A DNA stretch of 64,000 nucleotides from Fervidobacterium sp. (GTDB lineage: Bacteria > Thermotogota > Thermotogae > Thermotogales > Fervidobacteriaceae), in NCBI GenBank assembly GCA_049970055.1, contig JBMFNR010000001.1, forward strand, positions 231,200 through 295,199, given 5' to 3'. How positions within the stretch are numbered: the stretch's first letter is position 1; every line of letters begins with the position of its first letter. The translations under genes and the position numbers were made by a program. The notes below the pieces were generated by a model. It ran no database searches and was not told where the DNA came from. It saw only the letters and a list, made by a program, of their open reading frames with translations. Below, piece by piece: positions 38,885 to 48,576 of the stretch.

Positions 38885-41392
38885 TTATTTAATTTCCAAC
38901 CAACAATCGTCCATAATAAGAGGATCCGCTGGACTTCCACCACCCATAATGTAGGCTTTTGCCTCTTGCTGCAAAGGTCTAAATTTGCTTTCTATGCCAT
39001 CGTAATCCCAACTTGTTATATAAATCGTCCAGTTTGCGAAATCGCTCGGATTACCAAGCCACTCACCCTTAATTATTATTTTCACCCAGCCATCCTCAAC
39101 GAAAACCTCTGGAGAGCCAATTTGAGTACCGAACTTATCTTTTGTAGCTCCTTGTGAAACATAGATAGCACTTTGCCAACCAGTTGCAAAAACTTCGTAA
39201 TCCCAATCCCAGTCTGAGAATTCATAGTTCTGCAATGGCAAATACCCTACACCTTTTTTATTTGGATCATCTACGAAGATCTGATATGTAACATGGTCAA
39301 ATCCAAGAGGAGGGCCCCAGCTCTTTGTAAGATCACGTGGTTTAATAGATATAACTAACGTACTACCTATACTTTCTGCCCTTGCTTCAAGAATGTCCAT
39401 TTGACGTTTGAACGTTGCATCAGTTGGATAAACGTACGTGTAATTAGGTCCGCAATCATCGTCCGATGGGTCTTTGGTTTCTGCAAGTATTTTCTTTTCG
39501 AGTTCGATGTTAATTTTAATCTCATCCGTGTAAACTGTGTCTTTCAACGATTTACCAACAGCCCTAATAAGTATTATATGTTCACCAGGATCTAACCTCA
39601 TCGGATCGATAATGAAAGAGAATTTACCATCTTTTGGTTCAATCTTTTGCTCGCTTTCAACTTTCCTATCAATATAAACGTACACAGTCTTTGCATTTGT
39701 TTCGCCTTTTATTTGGCGAATTTGTTTTATTTTTTCACCTGGTTGTATATCTACACTGATATTAATTTGGGCCCTATAGGCATCTGATTTTTCAGGTGAG
39801 ATGGCAAATACAGTGAGACTTCTTCCGGGAATCCTTAAAGTTATATATCCACTGTCTTTAACTACGATTGGAGTACTTGTCCCGCCTACGACGTTATAAA
39901 TAGGTTCAAGTGTTGTACCAGGTTCGTACGTTGATTTGAAATTCGCTATCCTCGGGTCACTTGAAGTGTTCAGCACAACGAGAAGTTCCTCTTGGGAACA
40001 CTTAAGTGTGTAAATTAGTAATCCTGACGATCTTTTTTCCGACAATAGTACTTTAACTTCGCCATACCTTGTTGCAGGATGAGTTTTTCTGAATTCTATT
40101 GCTTGTCTTATGAATTTATACATATTGCTATCTGTGTTAAAGTGATCTTCTCTATACGAGCCCCACCCGTTTTTAAACATAGATGCTCTTGTTTCGTAAA
40201 AATATTGTTCTGTTCCGTAATATATCACAGGAAGGCCTGGAAGTGTTAATATTAATCCAAGAGCTTGCTGTGTGATATTTGGAGTAACACCCTTTCCAAA
40301 TCGTTCCATATCGTGATTGTCGACGAATGTTACAAGTAAGCCTTTCTTTAAAATCTCATTCCTTAATTCGAGTCTGTACGCAAGAAAATCCGTTGGTTGA
40401 CCACCTTTGATGACTCTTTTGATCTCCTCCATAAGTGTAAAGTCGAGCATAGCATTGAATCCGTGTTCAAAGTAAGATGCGATTTCGTAGTCTGATATAG
40501 ATTCATAAGGTTTAGACGAGAGCCATGTCTCGCCGAACGCGATGAAATCATTTTTTAAACTAAAAATTCCGTCTGGCGATTTCAAAAAGTCATCGAAAAA
40601 TGTCTTTGGAACGTACATTGCCGTGTCTACACGGAAACCATCGATGCCAACTTCCTTAATCCAGTAAGCGTACGAGTCTTTAAGCGCCTTCACAACTTCA
40701 GGATTTTCTGTATTCAAGTCATCAAGTCCACTCATTTGGTAGTTGAGTTTTTGTTCCAAGTCAGCGTAGTTATTTATATCTTGTGTCCAGTGATAAATGG
40801 CACGTTTTTGTTGTTCTGGATCGTTGTAATTATTTAAATTAAATGGATATTGTGTTGGAGCAGACGTTGGTATACTTGCTGTATTTAATTCAAATTTTCC
40901 ATTTTTGAACCTAAAATAGTTTCCAACATGATTGACTACAATATCTTGTATGAGGTACATATTGTTTTTGTGGAGCACGTCAGCTAAAGCTTTGTAATCT
41001 TGCAAAGTACCGAAATGTTCATCAACTTTCTTAAAATCTCTCGCCCAATATCCGTGGTATCCACTGTAATTCACCCAAGGATCCCACCATTGATTAGCAA
41101 TAGGTGGTGTAATCCAAATACCGTCTATACCAAGCCCTTTGATGTAATCAATTTTATCAATGATACCTTTTAAATCTCCACCGCTGTATTTAGCTCCGTT
41201 GCTTGGATCGTACTCTACATTCGCCTGATTGTTATTAGTAGGGTCTCCGTCATTGAACCTATCGATCATTATCATGTACAAAACCCTGTCTGCCCAACTA
41301 TCTTTGAAAAGAGTTGCAACATCTGCAAACAAAAGAGCAAGTGCAAACAAAAACACAAAAGAAAAAACTTTTCTCAAAGAAATTTTTTCCAC
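38885..41392 (-). CDS. secreted GH13 alpha-amylase/pullulanase-like enzyme with C-terminal glucodextranase-like (DOMON) domain
   Basis: GTG 41392 behind GGAGG; signal peptide; DRF.DGD, GYHGYW, DIVVNH, DGFRVDT, FGE, FVDNHD; C-terminal DP.DDD.GP..Y.YPT. Confidence 0.9.
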   Translation of the reverse strand: MEKISLRKVFSFVFLFALALLFADVATLFKDSWADRVLYMIMIDRFNDGDPTNNNQANVEYDPSNGAKYSGGDLKGIIDKIDYIKGLGIDGIWITPPIANQWWDPWVNYSGYHGYWARDFKKVDEHFGTLQDYKALADVLHKNNMYLIQDIVVNHVGNYFRFKNGKFELNTASIPTSAPTQYPFNLNNYNDPEQQKRAIYHWTQDINNYADLEQKLNYQMSGLDDLNTENPEVVKALKDSYAYWIKEVGIDGFRVDTAMYVPKTFFDDFLKSPDGIFSLKNDFIAFGETWLSSKPYESISDYEIASYFEHGFNAMLDFTLMEEIKRVIKGGQPTDFLAYRLELRNEILKKGLLVTFVDNHDMERFGKGVTPNITQQALGLILTLPGLPVIYYGTEQYFYETRASMFKNGWGSYREDHFNTDSNMYKFIRQAIEFRKTHPATRYGEVKVLLSEKRSSGLLIYTLKCSQEELLVVLNTSSDPRIANFKSTYEPGTTLEPIYNVVGGTSTPIVVKDSGYITLRIPGRSLTVFAISPEKSDAYRAQINISVDIQPGEKIKQIRQIKGETNAKTVYVYIDRKVESEQKIEPKDGKFSFIIDPMRLDPGEHIILIRAVGKSLKDTVYTDEIKINIELEKKILAETKDPSDDDCGPNYTYVYPTDATFKRQMDILEARAESIGSTLVISIKPRDLTKSWGPPLGFDHVTYQIFVDDPNKKGVGYLPLQNYEFSDWDWDYEVFATGWQSAIYVSQGATKDKFGTQIGSPEVFVEDGWVKIIIKGEWLGNPSDFANWTIYITSWDYDGIESKFRPLQQEAKAYIMGGGSPADPLIMDDCWLEIK

Positions 41393-41462
41393 ACAATCGC
41401 CTCCATTTTTTAAAGTGACACACCTATTATACTCGATCCATATATCATTGTAACAAAAGTGT

Positions 41463-41471
41463 GGTATAATT
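41463..41471 (+). promoter_or_regulatory. extended -10 promoter of the response regulator/trk run (a divergent -10 for the amylase lies at 41426-41431)
   Basis: TGGTATAAT on +, TATAAT on -, within a 103-bp divergent spacer. Confidence 0.5.
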
Positions 41472-41495
41472 TCCAAAAGAAGGAGGCGGTTTAGA

Positions 41496-42128
41496 ATGAT
41501 AGAAGTTTTGGTAGTTGATGATGAAAAACATGTAAGAAACCTACTAGTAAAGATGATTTCAAGCGCGTTTGAATGTTCTCCTATGGAAGCTGAGAACGCG
41601 GAGGTTGCACTAAGCATATGTGAAAAGAAAAAATTTGACATAATTACCGCGGATATAAAACTAGGTGAAAATGATGAGATAAACGGAATTGATTTTGTTA
41701 AAAGGTTGAGGTTGAGAGGCATATTCACGCCCGTACTTATCATTTCAGCTCTTGCTACGGCTGAAGATATAGCTGAACTTTGCAAATATTCACCGATAGA
41801 TTATCTCGCTAAACCTTTTACTCAAGATGAACTGAAAAGAAAGATAAAAGGACTTTTAGATTTGAAAAAAGATAGTTTTGAGCGATATCTCAGAGAGGCG
41901 GAAGGTTTCATTCACTCAAACTTTCCAGGTGATCTTGATAAAGCAGAGCAGATAGTAAGAGCGATGTTTTCAATTATGCCTTCCTCGCCTATCCCGCATT
42001 ATCTAATGGCTGAGATCCTTGAAAAAAGAGGCAATAGCGAACTTGCTCAACGACACAGAGAAGCGGGTATGGCACTGGATGCGAATAAAAAAGGTTACAA
42101 AAGGGGTGAAGGTATTGAGATCGATTAA
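41496..42128 (+). CDS. response regulator (REC) with C-terminal TPR-like helices
   Basis: VVDDE, ADIKLG, ISA, LAKPF; C-terminal PSSPIPHYLMAEILEKRG..ELA. Confidence 0.85.
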   Translation: MIEVLVVDDEKHVRNLLVKMISSAFECSPMEAENAEVALSICEKKKFDIITADIKLGENDEINGIDFVKRLRLRGIFTPVLIISALATAEDIAELCKYSPIDYLAKPFTQDELKRKIKGLLDLKKDSFERYLREAEGFIHSNFPGDLDKAEQIVRAMFSIMPSSPIPHYLMAEILEKRGNSELAQRHREAGMALDANKKGYKRGEGIEID

Positions 42129-42576
42129 TTACAAGTTTTACGTTATCGTTGTTGGCTGTGGAAAAGTCGGTTTTGAAGTTGCTTATAGATTATCGAGCAT
42201 CGGATTTAATGTTACCGTAATTGACAAAGATCCAAATACGTTATCAACGCTTCCGGAAGATTACGGTGGGTTTACAATTATAGGTGATGCAACGGAACGT
42301 GAAATAATGGAAAGAGCAAAGGCAATGAAAGCAGATATGCTTATCGCAACAACTGACGACGATACAACAAATTATTTTGTTTGCTTAGTTGGTGCGAAGA
42401 TCTTTGGAATACCAAGCGTGTTATCGCTTGTTAATAACCGTGAGAATTTAGCACTTTTTGAACGAAGTGGTATTAGTGTAATATCACCGTTAAGCCTTGC
42501 TGTAGAAAGTTTCGAAAGAATCATCCTCGAAGGTATTGAGCACTCATCGTTTTATTTGGATGGTGAGAGAAGATGA
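42115..42576 (+). CDS. trkA: TrkA-N (RCK) only potassium-uptake subunit
   Basis: VVGCGKVG, VIDKD, GDAT, ATTDDDTTN; likely TTG at 42115. Confidence 0.88.
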   Translation: MRSINYKFYVIVVGCGKVGFEVAYRLSSIGFNVTVIDKDPNTLSTLPEDYGGFTIIGDATEREIMERAKAMKADMLIATTDDDTTNYFVCLVGAKIFGIPSVLSLVNNRENLALFERSGISVISPLSLAVESFERIILEGIEHSSFYLDGERR

Positions 42577-43232
42577 AAGTCGTTATCATCGGTGGTGAAC
42601 GCGTTCCTTACTTTTTAGCTAAGAAATTGATAATGCAAGGGTATAATGTTTATTTTGTTAACAAGAACCGTGAACTTTGCGAGGAATATTCAAGAACTTT
42701 AAATGCAGAAATCATACACGGCGATGGTACTGCTAAATCTACCTTAGACCAGATAGAGATAGAACCAGACGATATAGTCGTACTTTTAATGGAAAGAGAT
42801 AGAAAAAACTTCTTTGCTGCGCGTCTTGTTCAAGAGTATTACAACGTTAAGAATGTAGTGACGCTACTTAACAATACGGAGAATGAAGATTTGTTTGAAA
42901 AGTATGGGATTCGAACATTAAAAGTTACCGATCTAATCATGAATTATATCGAACCATTGTTATTCGAAAATGAAGTAATTAGTGAACTCTCTGAAAACGT
43001 GGAGGGAAAGGGTGCAACTGTTATTAAGGTAGACATTGATTGGGATTCGAAAATTTCAAGGAAAGGTATAAAAGAGCTCAACGTTCCAGAAGATGTCGTT
43101 ATAGTAGGTATAATCAGGGCAAACAAGTATATTATTCCAAGAGGCGATACGATTATCGAGCCGGGTGATAAATTAATCGTAATTTGTAGCGAAGATAAAA
43201 GAGAAAGTGTGCAAGAATTTTTCTCTATTTAA
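42573..43232 (+). CDS. trkA: TrkA-N + TrkA-C potassium-uptake subunit
   Basis: IIGG, HGDGT, IIPRGDTIIEPGD. Confidence 0.88.
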   Translation: MKVVIIGGERVPYFLAKKLIMQGYNVYFVNKNRELCEEYSRTLNAEIIHGDGTAKSTLDQIEIEPDDIVVLLMERDRKNFFAARLVQEYYNVKNVVTLLNNTENEDLFEKYGIRTLKVTDLIMNYIEPLLFENEVISELSENVEGKGATVIKVDIDWDSKISRKGIKELNVPEDVVIVGIIRANKYIIPRGDTIIEPGDKLIVICSEDKRESVQEFFSI

Positions 43233-43257
43233 TGAAGTGGGAGGGAATCAAAGATTG

Positions 43258-44754
43258 ATGAAAAGATATCTTAAAATATATAGAGCTTTTTCTATGATAA
43301 TGATTCAGTATGCCTTTATTTCGCTTGTACCGTTGCTATTTTGTTTCTTTTATCCAAATGAGTTGAGGCATATCAATGGTTTTGTTATAACATCTATAGT
43401 GGCGCTTATTCTATACGTATCCGGGTACCTAATAAAAATTGAAGATTTAGGAACCATAACATACCGGGACGGTGCTGTACTAACTGTATTTACATGGCTT
43501 GTTGTTGCCTTGCTTTCGTCAATACCACACATGTTAGAAGGTCATTTAAATTTTTCGCAGGCAATATTTGAATCGGTGAGTGGACTTACGACAACAGGTT
43601 TGACGATGTATTCAGATGTTACAAAAGTTTCAAAACTTGTACTTTTCTGGCGCTCATGGACACAATACATAGGTGGAGCAGGATTTGCACTTTTAATGCT
43701 ATCGATGGTTATTGGTCCTAAGGGTGTTGGATTTTACAAAGCGGAAGGTAGAGTGGATAACTTAGTGCCCAACATAAGGCGTTCAACTCAGATTATAATT
43801 CAGATATACGTTGCTTACACTGTTGCGGGTACAATCTCTTTACGGATAGCAGGTATTGGTTGGTTTGATGCTTTGAATCATACGATGACGGCCCTTGCCA
43901 CGGGAGGCTTTTCTACAAAAAATGGTAGTATTGGAGAATTTCACAATCTTGCTGCAGAAATAATAATTATGATATTAATGTTTCTTGGCGCAACAGGTTT
44001 TGCGATCCATTACGCTTTTTGGAAAGGAAATTGGAGGGCGGTTTTAAGAAACGGCGAACCTTGGCTTATGATATCTTCAATTTTAGTTTTTGGAATATCT
44101 ACGGCTCTTAGTGGTGTTGGTAAGTATTTTCCAAACTTTTTGAATGCACTGAGGTACACCACATTTCAGGTAATATCTGCGATTTCAGGGACCGGATTTC
44201 AAACACTTCCACTGAACGAACAAAAGTGGTTTTCTTTCTCACCACTCATCTTATCGCTCATTGTTCTAATGGTTGCGGGCGGCGATATGGACTCCACGGC
44301 AGGTGGTATTAAACAATTTCGTATATGGATTATACTAAACACTATTTGGGAATCAACTAAAAACTTCTTATTGCCGAAAAGCAGGGTAAAAACAAGGATT
44401 ATATACAAAGGTGAACAACAATTGGTTCTATCATCTGATAGTATGAGAGAAGCTTTGATCATTCTTTTCTTGTACATCTTTGCATTGATAATCGGTTCAT
44501 TCATCTTGACGTTGCATGGTTACGATATGGGGCATTCGATCTTTGAGTTTGCCTCTGCTATGGACGGCGTGGGACTTTCTTCGGGGCTGACCTCTCCTGA
44601 TATGCCTTTAACTGCTATGTGGACGTTGACTTTGGGAATGTTCACAGGAAGGTTTGAATTTTTGATAATTATTTACGCGTTATCGAAAGTTATCTCAGAT
44701 GTTAGAATATCTTTAAAGGACAAATTAAGGTCAAATAATTATCCACAGAGGTGA
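43258..44754 (+). CDS. trkH: TrkH potassium uptake membrane subunit
   Basis: FESVSGLTTTG, WRSWTQYIGG, ATGGFS, STAGGIK, GRFE. Confidence 0.93.
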   Translation: MKRYLKIYRAFSMIMIQYAFISLVPLLFCFFYPNELRHINGFVITSIVALILYVSGYLIKIEDLGTITYRDGAVLTVFTWLVVALLSSIPHMLEGHLNFSQAIFESVSGLTTTGLTMYSDVTKVSKLVLFWRSWTQYIGGAGFALLMLSMVIGPKGVGFYKAEGRVDNLVPNIRRSTQIIIQIYVAYTVAGTISLRIAGIGWFDALNHTMTALATGGFSTKNGSIGEFHNLAAEIIIMILMFLGATGFAIHYAFWKGNWRAVLRNGEPWLMISSILVFGISTALSGVGKYFPNFLNALRYTTFQVISAISGTGFQTLPLNEQKWFSFSPLILSLIVLMVAGGDMDSTAGGIKQFRIWIILNTIWESTKNFLLPKSRVKTRIIYKGEQQLVLSSDSMREALIILFLYIFALIIGSFILTLHGYDMGHSIFEFASAMDGVGLSSGLTSPDMPLTAMWTLTLGMFTGRFEFLIIIYALSKVISDVRISLKDKLRSNNYPQR

Positions 44755-44759
44755 TACTT

Positions 44760-45350
44760 TTGTCAAACCGTGCGATGCTTTACATTTTGATATTCATTGT
44801 TCTATTTTTCTTATTAATCGATCTGACAACTCTATTTTTTAGAGGACCTAACTTTGATGTAGTTTTCTACAATTCAGATGTCTTTTTTGATTATTCAGAA
44901 GTAGCAACGATTACAACGGTGAGTGGATTGAAGTTCAAATCCAATAAGAAAAAAGACGACTACTTGAAGGTTTATAAGGACACTTCAAGACAGACCTTTG
45001 AGAAATATTTTTCAGAAGTGTCAAAAGAAATAAACAAGAATATCCAAGTAGTGGATGTTAAGTACTCTTGGAAAGATAGGGAAGGTATACTTGAAATAAC
45101 CGAGAGTGTTACTTTAAAAGGTCTGGTAAGCTCAAAGGAGGAAAACGGAACCAAGGTGTATACAGTTGGAATGGGAAGAATAAAGATGAACGCAGTTGGA
45201 AATGCCAATTTGAAATTACATATACCTCAAGGTTCAATAGTCCTAAGTGTTGAACCAACACCGACGGTTCAAAATGGCGATTTTCTTCTGTGGTCAAACG
45301 AAGATATAATCTTTTTCCCAGAAGTATCGTTCAAAAGGAGCGAGGGTTGA
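44760..45350 (+). CDS. membrane-anchored hypothetical protein (DUF4897-like)
   Basis: N-terminal TM helix; C-terminal IP.G..VLSVEPTP motif. Confidence 0.6.
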   Translation: MSNRAMLYILIFIVLFFLLIDLTTLFFRGPNFDVVFYNSDVFFDYSEVATITTVSGLKFKSNKKKDDYLKVYKDTSRQTFEKYFSEVSKEINKNIQVVDVKYSWKDREGILEITESVTLKGLVSSKEENGTKVYTVGMGRIKMNAVGNANLKLHIPQGSIVLSVEPTPTVQNGDFLLWSNEDIIFFPEVSFKRSEG

Positions 45351-45895
45351 TGAGTGTAATTAATTGGTTAGTTGTATTATCCACTCTTGGAACATTGCTG
45401 TTGCTTTGGGCACTGTTCATTGTTCAAAATTTCAATAAAAACCATGAAAAAACTCCTATTGATGAGGAAGAAGAAAGACTTGTTGAATTAATGGGAAAAG
45501 TTAGAATATTTGTTGATTCAAAAATTGAGCAGTTAGACGAAAAGATGGAGGAGGTTAGAAATTTAATCAAAGAACTTAATGATCAGTATATAATGATTTC
45601 TACACTGAGTCTGGAAAAAGTTAGTAATATTGAACAACGTATGCAAGATTTTAACCCGGGAGATAACGAAAAAGAAAAGCAAGTAAAATTTGAAAAATCA
45701 ACCGAAGCTAATGGTTTTAACCTTATTGAAGAAAAAATCGAAGATAAAGATCATAAAAACAATGAAAGCTTGGAAAGCAAAATATACGACATGTACCTTT
45801 CAGGTATGGAACCTATCGAGATAGCCAAGTCACTGAAAATGGGTCTAGGAGAAGTGCAACTCGTTCTTGATTTGATGAAAAGGCAAAAAAGTTAA
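45350..45895 (+). CDS. TM + coiled-coil + C-terminal HTH protein (DUF2802/YlxL-like)
   Basis: TM helix, coiled coil, IYDMYLSGM...EIAKSLKMGLGEVQLVL. Confidence 0.7.
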   Translation: MSVINWLVVLSTLGTLLLLWALFIVQNFNKNHEKTPIDEEEERLVELMGKVRIFVDSKIEQLDEKMEEVRNLIKELNDQYIMISTLSLEKVSNIEQRMQDFNPGDNEKEKQVKFEKSTEANGFNLIEEKIEDKDHKNNESLESKIYDMYLSGMEPIEIAKSLKMGLGEVQLVLDLMKRQKS

Positions 45896-45925
45896 TCTCT
45901 TTAGTTATTTTGAGGAGGTGTTCAT

Positions 45926-46444
45926 ATGCATGGTGAACATCCGTACGTAAAGTGGGCAATTGAGGTTATTGAGAGCTATGTACGATACAGAAAGGTGATT
46001 GAACCACATAAAGATCTTCCAAAGGAGCTTTTCGAACGTAGAGCTGGTACGTTCGTAACGCTGCATAACCTTGATGGATCTTTGAGAGGCTGCATTGGGA
46101 CCTTTATTCCCATTAGGGAAAACCTAGCTTACGAAATTCGTGATAACGCGATATCGTCGGCCACAAAAGATCCAAGATTTCCACCTGTCAGTCCAGATGA
46201 ATTGGAAAACATTGTAGTTAATGTTGATGTGCTCAGCCCTTTTGAACCAGTTAAGAGTATCGATGAGCTTGATCCCAAAAAATACGGAATAATAGTTCAA
46301 AGGGGATTTAGGCGTGGATTACTTTTGCCAGACATTGAAGGCGTTGATAGTGTTGAAGAACAAATACGTATTGCTAAGTTAAAAGCCGGGATTTTTGATG
46401 ACAATTTTGAAATTTTTAAATTCACCGTGGAAAGGTATAGGTGA
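45926..46444 (+). CDS. amrA: AMMECR1-domain protein (AmmeMemoRadiSam protein A)
   Basis: GTFVTL, LRGCIGT, DPRFPP, GLLLP. Confidence 0.9.
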   Translation: MHGEHPYVKWAIEVIESYVRYRKVIEPHKDLPKELFERRAGTFVTLHNLDGSLRGCIGTFIPIRENLAYEIRDNAISSATKDPRFPPVSPDELENIVVNVDVLSPFEPVKSIDELDPKKYGIIVQRGFRRGLLLPDIEGVDSVEEQIRIAKLKAGIFDDNFEIFKFTVERYR

Positions 46445-47694
46445 TAAGTGTGAGTGGTGAGCTCAACGGTAAGGTATCGAAGTTTACTTTTGAGAATGTA
46501 AAAGACATAATTTTGCTTTCTTTTGGTTCATTTGGCCTGTGTTTTATGCTAAGTGTATACATAGTCAAAATATCGAGAATATTTGTTGAAAACAATTTTG
46601 CTCTTTCCGTAGGAATTCCGACTTTATTTTCTGAAGTTCTGTTTCTCGTTATTTTTGCTCCTTTTTTTGCGTACATGTACGGGATTACAAGAACTAAAAT
46701 TGGACGACGTACGCCTTACTTACTTACTTTTGGTGTTTTGTCGTCATTCTTTATGGCTTTGGTAGAGAAAATAGGAGTTAAATCTTTATTTGAAGCAACG
46801 TTGTCAGTGCTTTTACTCAACTTTGCTTTGTTTTCGTATACTCTGGCATTCGTAGGACTTTTAAAAGACAAATCGACCTATTATGTGAAAGATATATTGA
46901 TATTTCAGGTTAGGTTGTGGGGCTTTATTGGCACGTTTTTGGGTTTTACATATTTAATAAAATATAATTACACTGGTAACGAAATGATTGTTGCAAGTTT
47001 TGTTTTTATCATATCGGTGATTGTAGTATCGCTTTTCGTGGTAGAAGATAAAAAGTACAAAGTAAAAATGTTAAAAAGTGAGAAACCTGAAAGTAATTAC
47101 CGCTTAAGTATGCTATTTAGACATTTTGTAATGACGAAGAAAGATGTGGAAAGAGCCTTGGTGTTTTCCTTAATAGCTGTCCAAGAAACTTTTATCATTT
47201 ACTTTTTAAAAGATTTTCCCTTCAGACACAGCGTTTATGCACTCATCTTGTTCATGGCAGGGACTATTTCGTATTATATGATTTATATTTTTTCAAAAAA
47301 ATTGAGAGATACTATGACTAAAAGCTGGTTAGAAATCTTCTCGATTCTTCTTGTTGCACTTTTTTATATACTTTTTTACACACTTCACCAATATAAGGCG
47401 ATAAATGCAATCGTTGGTATTCAATTTATTGTGGGAACACTTTTTGGTATTGTAATTGAGAAATATCTTGGGTTTGTAATACCTGGAAGGTGTGAATGGT
47501 TTATTATATATTCACACTTGACCGAAAATGACACACTGAAATTTGATGTAAAAAAATTGCAATTTCTACTATTTTCGTTTATACTTATTATAGCTTTCGC
47601 CGTCATATTTGATTTCGTCGGTTCAAAGAACGTAAGCCTGATTTACGCAAGTTTTCTTATATCTTTATTGTTACTAAGGATCAACAAAACATAG
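46441..47694 (+). CDS. MFS/GPH-like membrane transporter (divergent)
   Basis: About 11-12 hydrophobic segments; TRTKIGRRTPY loop motif. Confidence 0.65.
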   Translation: MISVSGELNGKVSKFTFENVKDIILLSFGSFGLCFMLSVYIVKISRIFVENNFALSVGIPTLFSEVLFLVIFAPFFAYMYGITRTKIGRRTPYLLTFGVLSSFFMALVEKIGVKSLFEATLSVLLLNFALFSYTLAFVGLLKDKSTYYVKDILIFQVRLWGFIGTFLGFTYLIKYNYTGNEMIVASFVFIISVIVVSLFVVEDKKYKVKMLKSEKPESNYRLSMLFRHFVMTKKDVERALVFSLIAVQETFIIYFLKDFPFRHSVYALILFMAGTISYYMIYIFSKKLRDTMTKSWLEIFSILLVALFYILFYTLHQYKAINAIVGIQFIVGTLFGIVIEKYLGFVIPGRCEWFIIYSHLTENDTLKFDVKKLQFLLFSFILIIAFAVIFDFVGSKNVSLIYASFLISLLLLRINKT

Positions 47695-47733
47695 ACGAAC
47701 ACAGACAAAACACAGAGAAATATATTATGCGAG

Positions 47734-48570
47734 GTGACCGTTTTGATAAAACCTGGGGATAGAGTTGTATTATACGGGGAAGATGGGAAGAAGTTTATAA
47801 TTAGAGTTGAAGAAGGTGGTAAAAAAGGTACGCATCTTGGTGTTATAGAGTTTAACGAGATTATAGGTAAAGAGTTTGGAGATATAGTGATGATTGGAAA
47901 AACGAAAAAATCTTATTATATTCTACCACCGACATACATAGATGACATATTCTCAATGAAAAGAAAAACGCAGATCATTTATCCCAAAGACTCGAGCTAT
48001 ATTCTAATGAAATTAGACATAAAACCTGGAAGTAAGGTTATAGATACAGGTGTTGGAAGTGGAGCTATGTGTGCAGCAATGGCAAGACTAGTTGGCGAAA
48101 ACGGGAAGGTTTACGCTTACGAAAGAAGAGAAGATTTTTATAACCTTGCTCTCAATAATCTTAATGAGTGGGGGCTTGCTGGAAGGGTAGAGCTTATACT
48201 AAAAGATATATCGATTGGATTTGACCATTCCAATGTTGATGCACTACTACTTGATGTTCCAGATCCGGAAAATTATGTTCACCTGTGCTGGGAAGCACTT
48301 GCGGGTGGCGGAAGGCTTGGAATAATTTGTCCAACCACGAACCAAGTTTCAATGGTTCTTGAAAGACTTTACGAGTACCCATTCATCGATGTTGAAGTAT
48401 GGGAATCATTGATGAGACAATACAAACCGTATCCGAATAGATTGAGGCCAGTTGATAGGATGGTTGCACATACAACATTCATGGTTTTTGCTAGAAAGGT
48501 AAATAAATTTATTCCCAAAATATGTGATGCGCAGAATATTAAAAATCAAAATGACACCGAAAAGGAGTGA
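47734..48570 (+). CDS. trmI: tRNA (adenine-58-N1)-methyltransferase
   Basis: TQIIYPKD, DTGVGSGAM, LDVPDP, RP.DRMVAHT; start may be TTG 47743. Confidence 0.93.
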   Translation: MTVLIKPGDRVVLYGEDGKKFIIRVEEGGKKGTHLGVIEFNEIIGKEFGDIVMIGKTKKSYYILPPTYIDDIFSMKRKTQIIYPKDSSYILMKLDIKPGSKVIDTGVGSGAMCAAMARLVGENGKVYAYERREDFYNLALNNLNEWGLAGRVELILKDISIGFDHSNVDALLLDVPDPENYVHLCWEALAGGGRLGIICPTTNQVSMVLERLYEYPFIDVEVWESLMRQYKPYPNRLRPVDRMVAHTTFMVFARKVNKFIPKICDAQNIKNQNDTEKE

Positions 48571-48576
48571 GAACGT

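Noticed and set aside
41393..41785. N-terminal 131 aa of the 966-aa amylase ORF
   Set aside because: Overlaps the divergent response regulator; RBS and signal peptide place the start at GTG 41392
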